This document shows positions 37,643 through 48,838 of a stretch of 64,000 nt of DNA, piece by piece. Position 1 is the first letter of the stretch. Each line of letters begins with the position of its first letter. The DNA is taken from the NCBI GenBank assembly GCA_047495785.1, contig JBLDXI010000024.1, forward strand, positions 3,720,001-3,784,000, given 5' to 3'. This DNA comes from Lepidodermella squamata (taxonomy: Eukaryota > Animalia > Gastrotricha). The notes under the pieces are model-generated. The model was not told the DNA's origin. It worked only from the letters and a program-made list of their open reading frames with translations, and searched no databases. Made by a program: the position numbers and the translations under genes.

Positions 37643-38770
37643 ATGTTCACAACTGAGGAGAGAATATTTGCTTTCAATAATACCAAAGTTCCCTACCGAC
37701 AGTTTTGTGAAGCTTGGCGAAATCGGTTTGAAAGTAACCCCCCGAACAGAAAATACCGCCTACGTCTTGTCAAGAAATTTAATCAGTCAGGATCGATCCA
37801 TAACTTGCCGCGATCAGGTAGACCGCGCTCTGCTAGAACGGACGAAAATATTTATCACACTGCGATTGCGTTATGTGAAGACATTGCTGACCCCGAAGTT
37901 AATATTTCAGTTACGAGGCCGCGTGTCGAGGATATTGCGGACCATCTTATGATTTCCAAACAAAGCGTGCGCAATATCATACGTTTCAACTTGAAATGGC
38001 GATGCAAAACTGCATGCAGAGTCCATCAGCTGAATCAACAAGACATTTATCGCCGAGCAAACTTTTGTAGTGCAGCTCGAAGAATGCTGGAGATAGATCC
38101 GAACTTCCTGGATATGATAGTGTGGACCGATGAAGCACTGTTCACGCTCAATGGAACAGTGCGTACTAGTTACTTGCGCTATTGGGGCGACCCGGCTGAT
38201 CGAAGGAAATATTACTCAAAGCGCCGTGAGCACAGTGGCGTCATGGTATCCATTGGTTTGTGGAGATATGGCATTCTGGGTCCATTCTTCTTTGATGACT
38301 TGCCACGGCTTGAGCCAAACCGACCCAAGGATAGGATCAACGCGGAAAAATATTGTCAGCTTCTTAAAGAGCGCTATTTTCCTGAAATTAATAGGCAATT
38401 TCCAATGACCGACAGCGAGTTGCGATCTGATGTTTGGTTCCAACTCGACGGCGCGCCCATTCACACCGCCACTCAAACAAAGTATCTGCTTAACTTGCAT
38501 TTTCCGGAGCGCTGGATAGGAAACAAAGGGCCTATGAATTTTCCTCCTTACTCGCCCGATTTAACGCCACTGGATAATAGTTATTGGGGCGTTCTTCGTA
38601 CGCGGGTTTATCGCCGTCGGCCATCTACTCTTCCTCATCTCAAATGGCTCATTGAAGAGGAGTGTAAAGCCATGTCACTGGACTATATTGAAAAAATTTG
38701 CACAGTGGAAATGAAAAGACGAATCAAACTTGTGTGTCAAGAAAACGGAAACTTCATCGAACACATTTGA
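37643..38770 (+). CDS. DD41D (rosa/Visitor) transposase, intact 375 aa
   Basis: HTH region with RSGRPR; WTDEALF, FQLDGAPIH and PYSPDLTPLD, with 41 residues between the 2nd and 3rd Asp. Confidence 0.95.
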   Translation: MFTTEERIFAFNNTKVPYRQFCEAWRNRFESNPPNRKYRLRLVKKFNQSGSIHNLPRSGRPRSARTDENIYHTAIALCEDIADPEVNISVTRPRVEDIADHLMISKQSVRNIIRFNLKWRCKTACRVHQLNQQDIYRRANFCSAARRMLEIDPNFLDMIVWTDEALFTLNGTVRTSYLRYWGDPADRRKYYSKRREHSGVMVSIGLWRYGILGPFFFDDLPRLEPNRPKDRINAEKYCQLLKERYFPEINRQFPMTDSELRSDVWFQLDGAPIHTATQTKYLLNLHFPERWIGNKGPMNFPPYSPDLTPLDNSYWGVLRTRVYRRRPSTLPHLKWLIEEECKAMSLDYIEKICTVEMKRRIKLVCQENGNFIEHI

Positions 38771-38996
38771 CAGTTTATTTTCGTTGACGATAATTTATTT
38801 GAATTTTTGTATTTGTATGTTGAGTTACTAGTCAAATATTGTTTTACTGTCTTCCTAGTCAACATGCATGCAATATTAAAATTAAAATAAAATGACTTGT
38901 AGCACCAGACTTTTACTATTGAGGCACGAAATTATAGGCAAGATTGTAATGCAACGAATATATTTTAGTCAGTGCAGTGATCATGCAGATGAAACC

Positions 38997-39950
38997 TTAT
39001 CTGCGTCTTCTTGGGACAGTGAAGCGTCCAGTGCCGTCTCTGCTTACTTCTTCCACGAGCTGAGTAGGCAGCCAGCTCTTAGCACGCTCATACATCCTCT
39101 TTCCGAGGCCAATTATGATATACCAGACATCAGATTTCGTAAAGACGAAAATCCATCTAATGATAATGCAGATGGTGGATTCTTCCAGCATCAAGCTCTA
39201 AAAATATCGAAGTCAGGTTTATTGAGAAAGTCTGTCTTGGGTACTTACGAGAGCCAAACCGACAGTCGTGTAATATGTCGCGGCAATTATGAACTCCCCG
39301 ATGGCACAAAATAATATTTGTAGCAGCAATTCCTCGCAGCCAAGCTTGAGAAATGATTTGCACATCATCCATAGCGCAATTATAATGAGGTAAAAAATCA
39401 ATTGGCCTTTTTTGAACGATTCTTGCTGATGAGGTAGCATTAGAATTTGGGAGATAGCTACTCTCCAAAGAGGATATTCCAGAATGAATTCGTTAAACTT
39501 TGTCCTGACTTCCAAAAAGCCGGCGAAAAAGTCATTGACCGTGTCTATCGCAATCGATTTGGCATCAAATTTAACACCGGCGCAATAGCCCGGAATTTCA
39601 GGATAATACGCTGCGTAGACGTCCAGATCTTTCTCATCATAACTTGCATAGCAAGTCTTCCAGTTCTCGGCTGCGCTGCAATTTTGCGTCTTCCTTCCTT
39701 CTCGCTCAGCTTCGCAAACAACAAGCTCGAATGCTAAGCGGCGATAATCAGGAGTCTCATCACTTTTGCATTTCGCGTCAGCATTAGAAATCCATTCTTT
39801 GAAACATTTTTGCTTTCTCGTTAGGAGCATTTCTTTGAATTTTCTTCCAGAAATGATTCGCAATTGGTCAACTTCAAGAGAACTCGTTTTATCGGCAGGG
39901 ATAACGCCCTGAACTAACATCGGCAGCCAGATTGCAATAAGACGGATCAT
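38997..39950 (-). CDS. transposon cargo: miniaturised Brambleberry/GEX1/Kar5-like nuclear-envelope fusion protein (~300 aa, 2 exons)
   Basis: Signal peptide; six-Cys domain C-x11-C-x17-C-x11-C-x8-C-x22-C with RLAFELVVCEAEREGR; C-terminal TM segments; phase-0 intron 39198-39248 joins exon 38997-39197; basic tail PRRRR. Confidence 0.78.
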
Positions 39951-40098
39951 TCCAGCAACTTGCAAGTAAAATTAATATAATAATTCCTACATCAAAGATA
40001 CAATCTAGAATCAAAGAAAGTTATTAAGTAAAATTTGAGCTAAAATCTGAATAGAAAAATTACATATGTTGCAAAATGAGCATAGTAAACATGTAATT

Positions 40099-40531
40099 TT
40101 AGTCTAGTTTCACCCCCGCACGATCAAAAGTCACTTGCTCGTTGTTAGCAACAAACTCAATTGCACCTCCTCTGCCCTCCTCGACAGCTACAGGACGGAC
40201 TCGCCTTTTCAGCGTCTTCTTAATTAGTAATGTGAACAGGATGATTATGACTAAAAACATCACCGCCGCCACAGCCGCAAGGCCGACTATTGCTCTATGT
40301 ACAAAAGAAGATATGACTCTATTATTGTTGACGAAAACAAATATCATACTCCTTGTGGTCAAATAATTGCACCGGGGTACTGGCTGACGGATGGCTTTGG
40401 GCCTCTGGTTCAGGTTCTTCCGACGTTCCAGCGCTGTGTAGGGATGTGGCTGTGGCTGTAACTGTGGTAGGTTGCAAGGTCGGTTGGGTTGAGCAGATCG
40501 CCCACAAAAGGCAAAGGGGAGATTCATCCAT
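40099..40531 (-). CDS. transposon cargo: small single-pass membrane protein with T/S/P-rich ectodomain (~125 aa, 2 exons)
   Basis: Intron 40295-40349 joins ...PTTVTATATS...FDHKE to AIVGLAAVAAVMFLVIIILFTLLIKKTLKRR (TM plus basic stop-transfer). Confidence 0.6.
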
Positions 40532-41779
40532 GATTTTCTATAAAATTCTATTTAGAATGAGGGTAAGACGATGAGAAGATCTTGTGAGCAAATGTGCAGG
40601 AGATTACAGCGTCGAGACTACGGAAATAGCAACTGACGACTGCGGGCGAGTGCGAGAAAGGCTGAGCAACTGACCTACTATGTACTTCTAAACCGCCTTT
40701 GTTTCCCGTTTCCCCCCGTTTCCCCTGGCAACAGACGTCCGTTATTTTAATTTTAATTCATAAAAATTATTAATTATCAATTTTGACAACATATTTCTAA
40801 TTATTTTCAAATTTTACCCGCGAATTTCCGGGTGAGCGGGGTGGGACCTGACTTTTTGTGCGCACTGTATAGTTCGTTTTGGCAAGATTTGACAAATAAA
40901 ATAAATGTGAAAAACAAAATACGACACGAACCGCGAAAAGAAAGTCAGCTGCGTCTTATCTTTCGCCGGGTTTCGCGTCCGCCGATGTGAGCATTTATCT
41001 GCAGCCATGACTTTTCATGTCTTTGTAAACAAGGAACAAGGTTGCTTTATTACAGTCAAAACTTCTCGAGAGACACCCGATGAATGAAGAGGTCGTAGAT
41101 CGTAGACCCGTTCGGCACCAACTGTTCAAGTTCTTTTAAATCTCGACCGGCGGCGCCCATCTTATTTGTCACGGGGAAACCTCATGCAAAGCCTCTGGTG
41201 CTCTCGCCCGAAATTGGGTCATTTTGCTCATTGATCTGACACAAGACTTCTTTCTTTTGTCTTTTCCATCATTGGGCGTTCGGCTTTGTCGCTTTCGCCG
41301 TTGTCTTTTCCAGACCATCTCCGGTCTTGGGAAGACATTTTCGCAGCTATGCCTTTGATTTCTCGCCTTCGTGGTATTTGATTTTCTATTACCTACCGCA
41401 TTTTATCGAATGATAGCCATGATGAAATAATGAAAAGAAAATCGGTCAATCGAGGGGGCTTTTATTCCGAGGGAGGCAATTATTAGCTCCGAAACGTTGC
41501 GTCATCACTTTAGCCAAGTCCATAGATTTAGGCGTGGGCAGCCGCCAAGAGATTTTTGCCAGGTTCAAATACTTGAAACGTTGATGCCGAAGTAATTCCG
41601 CTGTCGGAAAAGCTATTCTGAATCATTTGGGCCAGGTGATGTTCCACGTTTCAACCTGCTTTTCAACCTGCTGGTTCCTGAAATTGATAGTTACTACAGT
41701 CGTCAACTATTTCGTTTGTGTCGTGAAGCTTCTTGAAAGTTGCAGTCATTGTTTTTAGGTTTTTACACTTCTCACAGTA

Positions 41780-42919
41780 ATGGCTACTGCTGCAGGAGAC
41801 ACAAGCGCTAGCGCTGCAACCGCTTGCTTGCATGTTGCGATTGGAGATTGGCCTGAATTTCTCGAGGAGGCTCGACGTGCACTGGCGGTTTTGGAGAAGC
41901 TTGATCAGGAGCCTGAGGAGCCGGAGAAGAGATCTGACTCTGGCATCGGAGCCAGCAGTGCCGCTCCTACTCCTGACGACTTGAACATTGAGAACGTTAA
42001 CTTGGATGACGCTTCGAAGGAGAAGAAAAAGAAGAAGAAAAAGAAAAAGTCCAAGAAGGCTGGCAGCGGGACGAAGGCTGGCGAAGAGAGTGAAGAAGAG
42101 GATGACTCGAGCGAGGCAGCAGGGTCTTCTGCAAAGAGCACTGTCACAGGATCAGATTACACCTCTGCCACCACCACTGCTACCTCAGTTTTACCTGGCG
42201 ATGCTGAATCAGTCCGCTTGGCTGAGGCTGATAAGCTAGCCGCTGAGGGAACATCGATCGCTCGTTCTGGTGAGCCCGAAGCTCTCCGTCGTGCAATTCA
42301 GTTGCTTGGATCTGCCATCAACCTTTACCCGAACCGAGCTGGTTACTTCGGCAACCGCTCGCTCTGCTTCTTTAAAACCGAAGATTACGTCTCTTCTCTG
42401 AAAGACGCAGAATCTGCGTTGAAACTGGAGCCGACGAATTTGAAGTATCTCAACCGCAAAGCTCAGGCTCTGATGAAACTCAAACGTCAAACAGATGCAA
42501 GAAACGTCGCTGATGAAATGTTGAAAATCAGCCCGAACAATGAGGCGGCCATGCAGATCCTTGAGGACATTCGCCGCCAACTTGTCGAAGATAACCTCGC
42601 CTCTCACGCCCGTAACCGCGCGGACGATGATGATGATGACGGTGACACTATTTCCTGCGCTCCGTCCTCGGTTCAATTCCCACCTGTTCGTCCTGTCGCC
42701 GTGAAAGTCTCAAACCTTCCTGCCAACGTTTCTCAGGCCGTTTTGCGATCTGTTTTCACGTCAGTCGGAGTCGCTACGACTAGCGTTGGTTTCGACGCTG
42801 CTGGCCCTGGTACCGCGTCTGTTTTCGTTTTGAACGCTGAATCAGCTCGTAATGCTGTTTCGAAACTCGACGGTTTCATCCTTGACAACAAAGTTCTGAA
42901 GATGGAAGTTCAGAAGTGA
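41780..42919 (+). CDS. TPR-repeat protein with poly-Lys tract and C-terminal RRM-like domain (TTC31-like architecture), intronless
   Basis: YFGNRSLCFFKTEDYVSSLKDAESALKLEP TPRs; VKVSNLPANV...AVSKLDGFILDNKVLKME RRM-like. Confidence 0.75.
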   Translation: MATAAGDTSASAATACLHVAIGDWPEFLEEARRALAVLEKLDQEPEEPEKRSDSGIGASSAAPTPDDLNIENVNLDDASKEKKKKKKKKKSKKAGSGTKAGEESEEEDDSSEAAGSSAKSTVTGSDYTSATTTATSVLPGDAESVRLAEADKLAAEGTSIARSGEPEALRRAIQLLGSAINLYPNRAGYFGNRSLCFFKTEDYVSSLKDAESALKLEPTNLKYLNRKAQALMKLKRQTDARNVADEMLKISPNNEAAMQILEDIRRQLVEDNLASHARNRADDDDDDGDTISCAPSSVQFPPVRPVAVKVSNLPANVSQAVLRSVFTSVGVATTSVGFDAAGPGTASVFVLNAESARNAVSKLDGFILDNKVLKMEVQK

Positions 42920-43237
42920 AAAAATCATGATCAACAACGAAATGACGTTATTCTTTTCATTTTGTACACACGGTGTCTCAACATGAGTATTGATCTTGCC
43001 GCAATATGAAACGATATCGGTGCCGGTTTATGACAAGATTTGCAATCAAAATTGCTCAAGAATATCACTTCCAATAGAATCTGCAATAATAGTAGTAGTG
43101 TTATTACCTCTCTGGTACTAATAAAAGTCACGAAATATAATGTTTGCTTGTTTTTCTCGATAGACCGAGTTGTTACTAAATGACCTGAAGCTGATCGCTG
43201 GCGAAAAGATTGATTGTTTGAGTGGCGTGGAGTTACA

Positions 43238-45611
43238 ATGGATGAAACAACTTCACTGGTTGGCTCTCGCGACCACGGCAAATCGATCTATTCGGACTCG
43301 GTTTACGGCGGCACGAGCTCGGTTAGCATTACAATTCAAAGCGCGGCAGGGTCTGTTAGGCCTAATACGAGCTCAATAGCCTTGAATGGCGATTCAGAGG
43401 AAGAAAAAGGTTGAAAAACGCTCGAAAATTTTGAAAAACATAAGTAACTTCCTGAATTTTTGCAGATGAGACCCCTTATTACATCTATCATGAACCTGTG
43501 AGAAGTAACGTAATTAATGACGAGGACGAAGAAGAGGATGACGACGATAAAACTGCGCCATTTGACCCAATTCCCTGCTGTCCGTCGGTTTCTCGTCGCC
43601 TAGCTGGCCTTTCTTGCATTTCAATCACGAACATGCTTGTAATGTGTCTCGTTCTTGTCGGCTACGGCATGTGCTTCTCGCTGTTCTCTCCCTTCTTCCC
43701 CAACGAAGCCGGCAGAAAAGGCATGAGCCCCACTGTTGTCGGTCTGCTATTTGGCTCGTACGAACTCGTCATGTTCATCGGGACGCCGCTTTCGAGTAAA
43801 GCCATCGGCCATCTAGGCCTGCGGTTCATGATTGGGTCTGGCATGTTACTGGCCGGCGGGGCGACTATGCTGTTCGGTGTTGTTGATAAATCACCCGATG
43901 GTATCATATATATCGTCCTGTGCTTTGCGGTTAGAATTGTTGAAGCGGCTGGGGCTAGTTTGTACCTAACAGCTTCGTACTGCGTTGCTGGAAATATGTT
44001 CCCGGACAACATAGCCTTTGTTTACTCGTAAGTTCTTCGTTTATTCGTGGGGAGATGGAGAATTTGAAAAATCCTGAAAATTTAAACCCTGAAATGTACA
44101 GAATTATGGTCGTTTAAGCCTTAAATTTTCATTTTTTTAGATTGATGGAAACGGCCAATGGCGTTGGATCGATGATTGGCCCATCAGCGGGCGGTTTGTT
44201 GTATACAGCTGGCGGATTTTACCTGCCATTTGTCGCTGTCGGAGGCGTTTTACTGCTATTCGGCTTATTTTCAACCCTCTTATTGCCCGCAGAAGCGACT
44301 GGGACTGAAGTTCTCGAATTTGATGATGACGGAAATCCGATACCGGCTAATAAGAAGAAAGAGCCGCTGCCGTGGTCGCGGCTATTCAAATCGTCCATCA
44401 CCGCCTGGGTTATCATGTTCACAGAGGCGTTGGCTGCTATTTTAAGCAACTACCCCGAACCGACTATATCGATCTACTTCGAATCACTGGGTCTCAAAAA
44501 TCCGGCGACGGTCGGGGCGATTTTTCTGGCTTCGACTATTGTCTACACGATAGCATGCGTGCTATTCGGCCATCTCGCAGATAAATTTGCCGATAAATGC
44601 TACTTGGTTCGTATTTTTTCATTTAACCTTGCAATTTCTCACCTATTTGGAAAATTTGCTAAAATTTCTACTCGCCGGAGCTTGTAATCTTGTAAGTCAG
44701 CTCGAAAATTTCGAATTGAGTAAATTTTTGCGATATTCGTATAGAATCAAAGTTTTCATATTATTTTGGGTGATTATTTTTACTTTTTTTTGACCGATTT
44801 TCTTATAATTTCATGAAAAAATTTAAAATTTTTACCTTCATTTTATTTATTAGATTTATTAGAAATTTATTAGATATTTAATTACGAATTATAATTTTTT
44901 CTTGAATTGAATTCTCGTTGAAGCTTTCAGAGAAATTCGCTATTTGAAAACCAATTTTACTTTAATTTTAATTTTCGAAATATTATCTATGTTCAGATAA
45001 TGGCGGTAGGTGCGCTGATCACAGCCATTTGCTTCTTCCTAATGGGTCCACCACCTTTCATCGACAACTTCATCGCACCATCAATCGCACTAACAGCTGC
45101 CGCGGAAATCGCGCTATACAGCGGAATCGCTATGATCCTAGTCCCCGTACCTCGAGCTTTGTTGAATGCCGCGAAAGACTGCGGTTTCACCGAGGGACTC
45201 GAAACCTCAGCTATGGTAGCCGGTCTCTACAACGGCCTGTGGTTCATGGGCGGTTTCGCCGGGCCACCCATTGCCGGTTTCCTGCTCGAGCGGGTCGGAT
45301 TTCAATGGGGCGCTGCCATTATGAGCGCAACTGCCATGGTTTTGTTCACAGTGCTGATAGTCGTGTCGTTTTTCGACCGAATACCGGCCTGTGTCGTGAA
45401 GCGGCAGTACGACTACGCGGTTTTAGTTGACGACGAATCGGTCCGAGGCGATGAGGATGCGAAAGAGCCGGACGAAGGGGTTGATATTTACTACGACCCG
45501 TCATCGCCTGTGCACCCGCTTCAAGCGAGTAGCCGACGTGGCAGTGTGACTTCATTCGTCGGAAGACGGTCTTCCATTAGAGGCTTGGTGGCGGTACCAA
45601 TCAACGTCTAG
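43238..45611 (+). CDS. MFS transporter, SLC18B1-like (multi-exon)
   Basis: FSLFSPFFPNEAGRKG, FAVRIVEAAG, METANGVGSMIGPSAGGLLYTAGGFYLPF, GGFAGPPIAGFL. Confidence 0.85.
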
Positions 45612-45890
45612 TTTATTTTCTATGAGAATTTTAATTGCTCGATATGATATTATTACATTTTTTATAAAACTGGCCAATCAATTGTGAAATCAAAAACACG
45701 AGAACCAATCAATACTGTTGATAATTACTTCCAATTTTTCTCTTTCAAAATTTTACTGTGCTCTCAACACGCGATTGAAACGTTGATTTTATTCCATTTT
45801 TTACCTCTGAACAAGAAAATGAACGAGTTTTTCTACTGCGGAATTTTGAGGTTTTTTATTGTGTTAATTTTTAGATTTTTATCAGAAATT

Positions 45891-46610
45891 ATGGGTGGTG
45901 GACAATCGGCTCCGAAAAAGGTTACATTCGAACGGAAAGGCGATGATGCGATCGAAGTGACGCAGGAAGCGTTTGATATAATGACTGGCAAAAAGCGAGC
46001 CGCTGATAAGTTGGACGATGATCACTCGGCGAAAAATAGTCACAAGGAAAACGATGCGCCGAAAGCTAAAAAACCAGCGCCGCCCAGTGGGTTGTTCATG
46101 GCCGATGACGCGCGGCATGCTGAGTTGATGGAGGCGGAAGAGCGTTTTCAAGAGAGGCTGCGGAAGCTCGAAGCTGCGCAAAAGCGGGACTTGGCGCAAG
46201 AGAAAGCGTCTCTTGAAGCAGCGTTGAAAGAGCTGGAATCTAAACTATCGTAAGTTTTACGCAGTCTATGATAGTCAAGTACACACCCAAAATATAGGGT
46301 TCCAGCCTTAACTTTGAGGCTCTAGTATACATTTTTATATGTAATTAAATGCAAATTTTTCGACCTATTGGAAAATTTGAGATCCGAACATATTCCTAAA
46401 TTTTTCCATTGGGTTTTAACGGATTTTGTTTTTGTTTTCAGGCACTCTGTTGTGGCCATTGATGGTGTGTGTCGCGCCGATCAAGAAGCCGTTATCGCAT
46501 GTTATCGCTCGAACCCGAACAAATCGCTGAACTGCGCCAAGCTGATCGAGCAGTTTTCACATTGCGTGAACAGCGAGCGTCTTCGGTTGTTAGGAGCTGC
46601 TACGAAATGA
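45891..46610 (+). CDS. CHCHD3: MICOS subunit MIC19 (CHCHD3/6 family), 2 exons
   Basis: Myristoylation-type start MGGGQS..KKVTFE; coiled coil; CHCH motif CRADQEAVIAC YRSNPNKSLN CAKLIEQFSHC. Confidence 0.85.
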
Positions 46611-47035
46611 ATACCTAGAAAAACCTAGATCAAACCTTACCGGCGTTAAAATGTATAATAAATGAGTGATCCTTTCGAAATTATCATCAAATAAATGAAA
46701 ACTGCCCGTGCTGCAAAGCGTAGCGAAGTTTCATCCGGATCTTGAGATTGAAATATTGTATTTTCTGTGTTTAAAACATGATTGCTACTATCCACCCTTT
46801 TTCTTTCACTCACGACTCGGTGAATTAAACTTCGCTTTGTAAAATAGTCAGCCCATGAAGAATTGTTATTAAAATGACTGGAAAAAGTGACGCGTATTCG
46901 AGTTTTATTTCAAAATCCTAGTAAATTATGGCCTGTCGAAAGCTCACGTGGGGTAAGGCGATGGTTAGGAAACAAACTCAAAGTTCGCGTTGTGCTACGG
47001 CAATATCCCACCAATCACTTTTCGATGGTGTAATT

Positions 47036-47827
47036 TCAAAAAATCGGGGTAGTCGTGAGAACACTGTGGCAATTGCTGAGAATATGGCCGTATTGCCCGC
47101 AACGGTAACACCTGGTGTAAGGACAGTGCGCCTGTATGTGGCCTTTTTGCTTGCATCGCGAACACGATATCATAGGATCCTTCACAGGCCAGTGAATGTG
47201 CTGATTTTGGCCCAATGGCTGGCGGGCTCTCTCGATTTCCACTCCGGATTTTGCTATGTGATTTGACAGCTGCTGTCCCAGGTATTGGATATCGTCAATG
47301 GCCTCCTTCGCAATCTCCCCATTCCTCACAACTTCTAGGTTGATAGATCCCTTTGAAACGCGGCATCTGAATTCGAGTAAATCAGCAATATTTCTTTCGT
47401 TGGTTCGAGAATTTTTCGGAAATCTTTGAGAGCCCCATTGAACGATGGCGGTCTGCAGGGATTCTCGGTTGATCGCACTCTCCATCAAACAGCCTACAGC
47501 CCGTATTATGTTGCGAATATCAGGCGTTGTCAAGGCAAAACTCATAAATTGCTCCAGTGATGTCGGGAAGTCGAATCCATATAATTCTGCAAATCGTTTC
47601 AGCGCAGCTTCTTCCGAGGAACGGGGCTCTAGTTTCTGCCAAACAATCAATAAATCTTGTACCAACCCCTTCACAAACTCGCCGAATGCAGAACTGACTT
47701 GGGCTTGTTGAACAACGCGACGAAACGGAGTTCTTAACCTCTGCAGAGTTTTGCACGGTCCAATTGATTGAAGGCGGCCTGATGAGCAAAGTTTTAGCGA
47801 CCTCTCTATATCACTCATTGTCAACAA
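47036..47827 (-). CDS. double CCHC zinc-knuckle protein (Gag-like), paralogue A
   Basis: CSRCKQKGHIQAHC-PYTR-CYRCGQYGHILSNC; aligned by eye to 48020-48838. Confidence 0.75.
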   Translation of the reverse strand: MLTMSDIERSLKLCSSGRLQSIGPCKTLQRLRTPFRRVVQQAQVSSAFGEFVKGLVQDLLIVWQKLEPRSSEEAALKRFAELYGFDFPTSLEQFMSFALTTPDIRNIIRAVGCLMESAINRESLQTAIVQWGSQRFPKNSRTNERNIADLLEFRCRVSKGSINLEVVRNGEIAKEAIDDIQYLGQQLSNHIAKSGVEIERARQPLGQNQHIHWPVKDPMISCSRCKQKGHIQAHCPYTRCYRCGQYGHILSNCHSVLTTTPIF

Positions 47828-48019
47828 ATCGCATTTGTGTGCTTTGATTCAATGCGAGGTACCTATGTAGCGATAGGTGTATCGATGTCTTTTCGGCTCT
47901 TAGCAGCCTCTGCTGAAACAATAGGCCACTTATTGATTTATTCAAGTAAAAATAACGGATCGGCTGCATGGTATGTAATTAATATCACATTCCTTCATTT
48001 TAAATGCGTAAAACAATGT

Positions 48020-48838
48020 TCATGGCATATTAGCATTTGGTCGCTTCGGGCAGCTCCCAAGGACGTGGCCATAGAGTCCACATCGGTAGCATCTCGTGTA
48101 GGGGCAACAGTTTTGTTGATGGCCCCTTTGTTTGCACCGAGGGCATCCTATAGATAGATCCTGTGCGACAGCTCCTCTTGACCAACGGACAGGCTGGTGC
48201 ACACTTTCCATTCTACGATCCTGCTCGATTTTGTTAACCAAATCTTTGAATCTGGCTGAAAGCTGAATACTTATGTACTCGATATCGTCCATTACTTCCC
48301 TGGCAATTGAGAAGTTATCGCCCGCTTCCAGCCGAATCCAGCCATTTTCAACAAGGGAATGAAATTCTAGCAAATCGCTCAAATTTTGCTCGTTAGAATT
48401 CGGATTTTTTATGAAAGTGTATGATGCCCAATCTGAAATACTTTTCTGAATTTCTGCGCGGTAAGTTACAGACTCAAAGAGACACCCGACTGACTTCAGC
48501 ATGTTCTTCACATCTGGTCTCGCCAAAGCTTTTCGAAGGCAGTTTTCGACGGTTAGGACGCCGGGTTGAAAGTTGTATTCATTAGCGAAACGTACAACGG
48601 CTAGCTCTTCTGGGGATCTCGGCTCTAATTTCCGCCAAACACTGAGCAAGGTGTTGACTATTAAGCTAGAAAATTCGCTGAAGACTCCATTGACCTGAGC
48701 CGATTGAATGACGCGTTTGTAAGAAGTCCTCAGCCTTAGTCGAGTTTCGCCAAACTTCGTAGGCCTCAAGCCATAGGCTGAGCATATTTTCAAGTATTTG
48801 TCAACGTTGGCCATTCGCCAGGGGAAAAAATGCTTCAC
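48020..48838 (-). CDS. double CCHC zinc-knuckle protein (Gag-like), paralogue B
   Basis: CPRCKQRGHQQNCC-PYTR-CYRCGLYGHVLGSC; shares RLRT..RV.Q.AQV and WxKLEPRS.EE with paralogue A. Confidence 0.75.
   Translation of the reverse strand: MKHFFPWRMANVDKYLKICSAYGLRPTKFGETRLRLRTSYKRVIQSAQVNGVFSEFSSLIVNTLLSVWRKLEPRSPEELAVVRFANEYNFQPGVLTVENCLRKALARPDVKNMLKSVGCLFESVTYRAEIQKSISDWASYTFIKNPNSNEQNLSDLLEFHSLVENGWIRLEAGDNFSIAREVMDDIEYISIQLSARFKDLVNKIEQDRRMESVHQPVRWSRGAVAQDLSIGCPRCKQRGHQQNCCPYTRCYRCGLYGHVLGSCPKRPNANMP

Larger units (their letters stand above)
36119..40867. mobile_element. complete Tc1/mariner-superfamily DD41D (rosa/Visitor) transposon with cargo genes, 4749 bp
   Basis: Perfect 26-bp TIRs CAGTGCGCACAAAAAGTCAGGTCCCA (36119-36144 and 40842-40867), TA at 36117-36118 and 40868-40869, intact transposase inside. 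Confidence 0.93.

Noticed and set aside
38892-39314. 140-aa plus-strand ORF inside the DD41D element
   Set aside because: Antisense shadow of the spliced Brambleberry-like 3' exon; no recognisable features.
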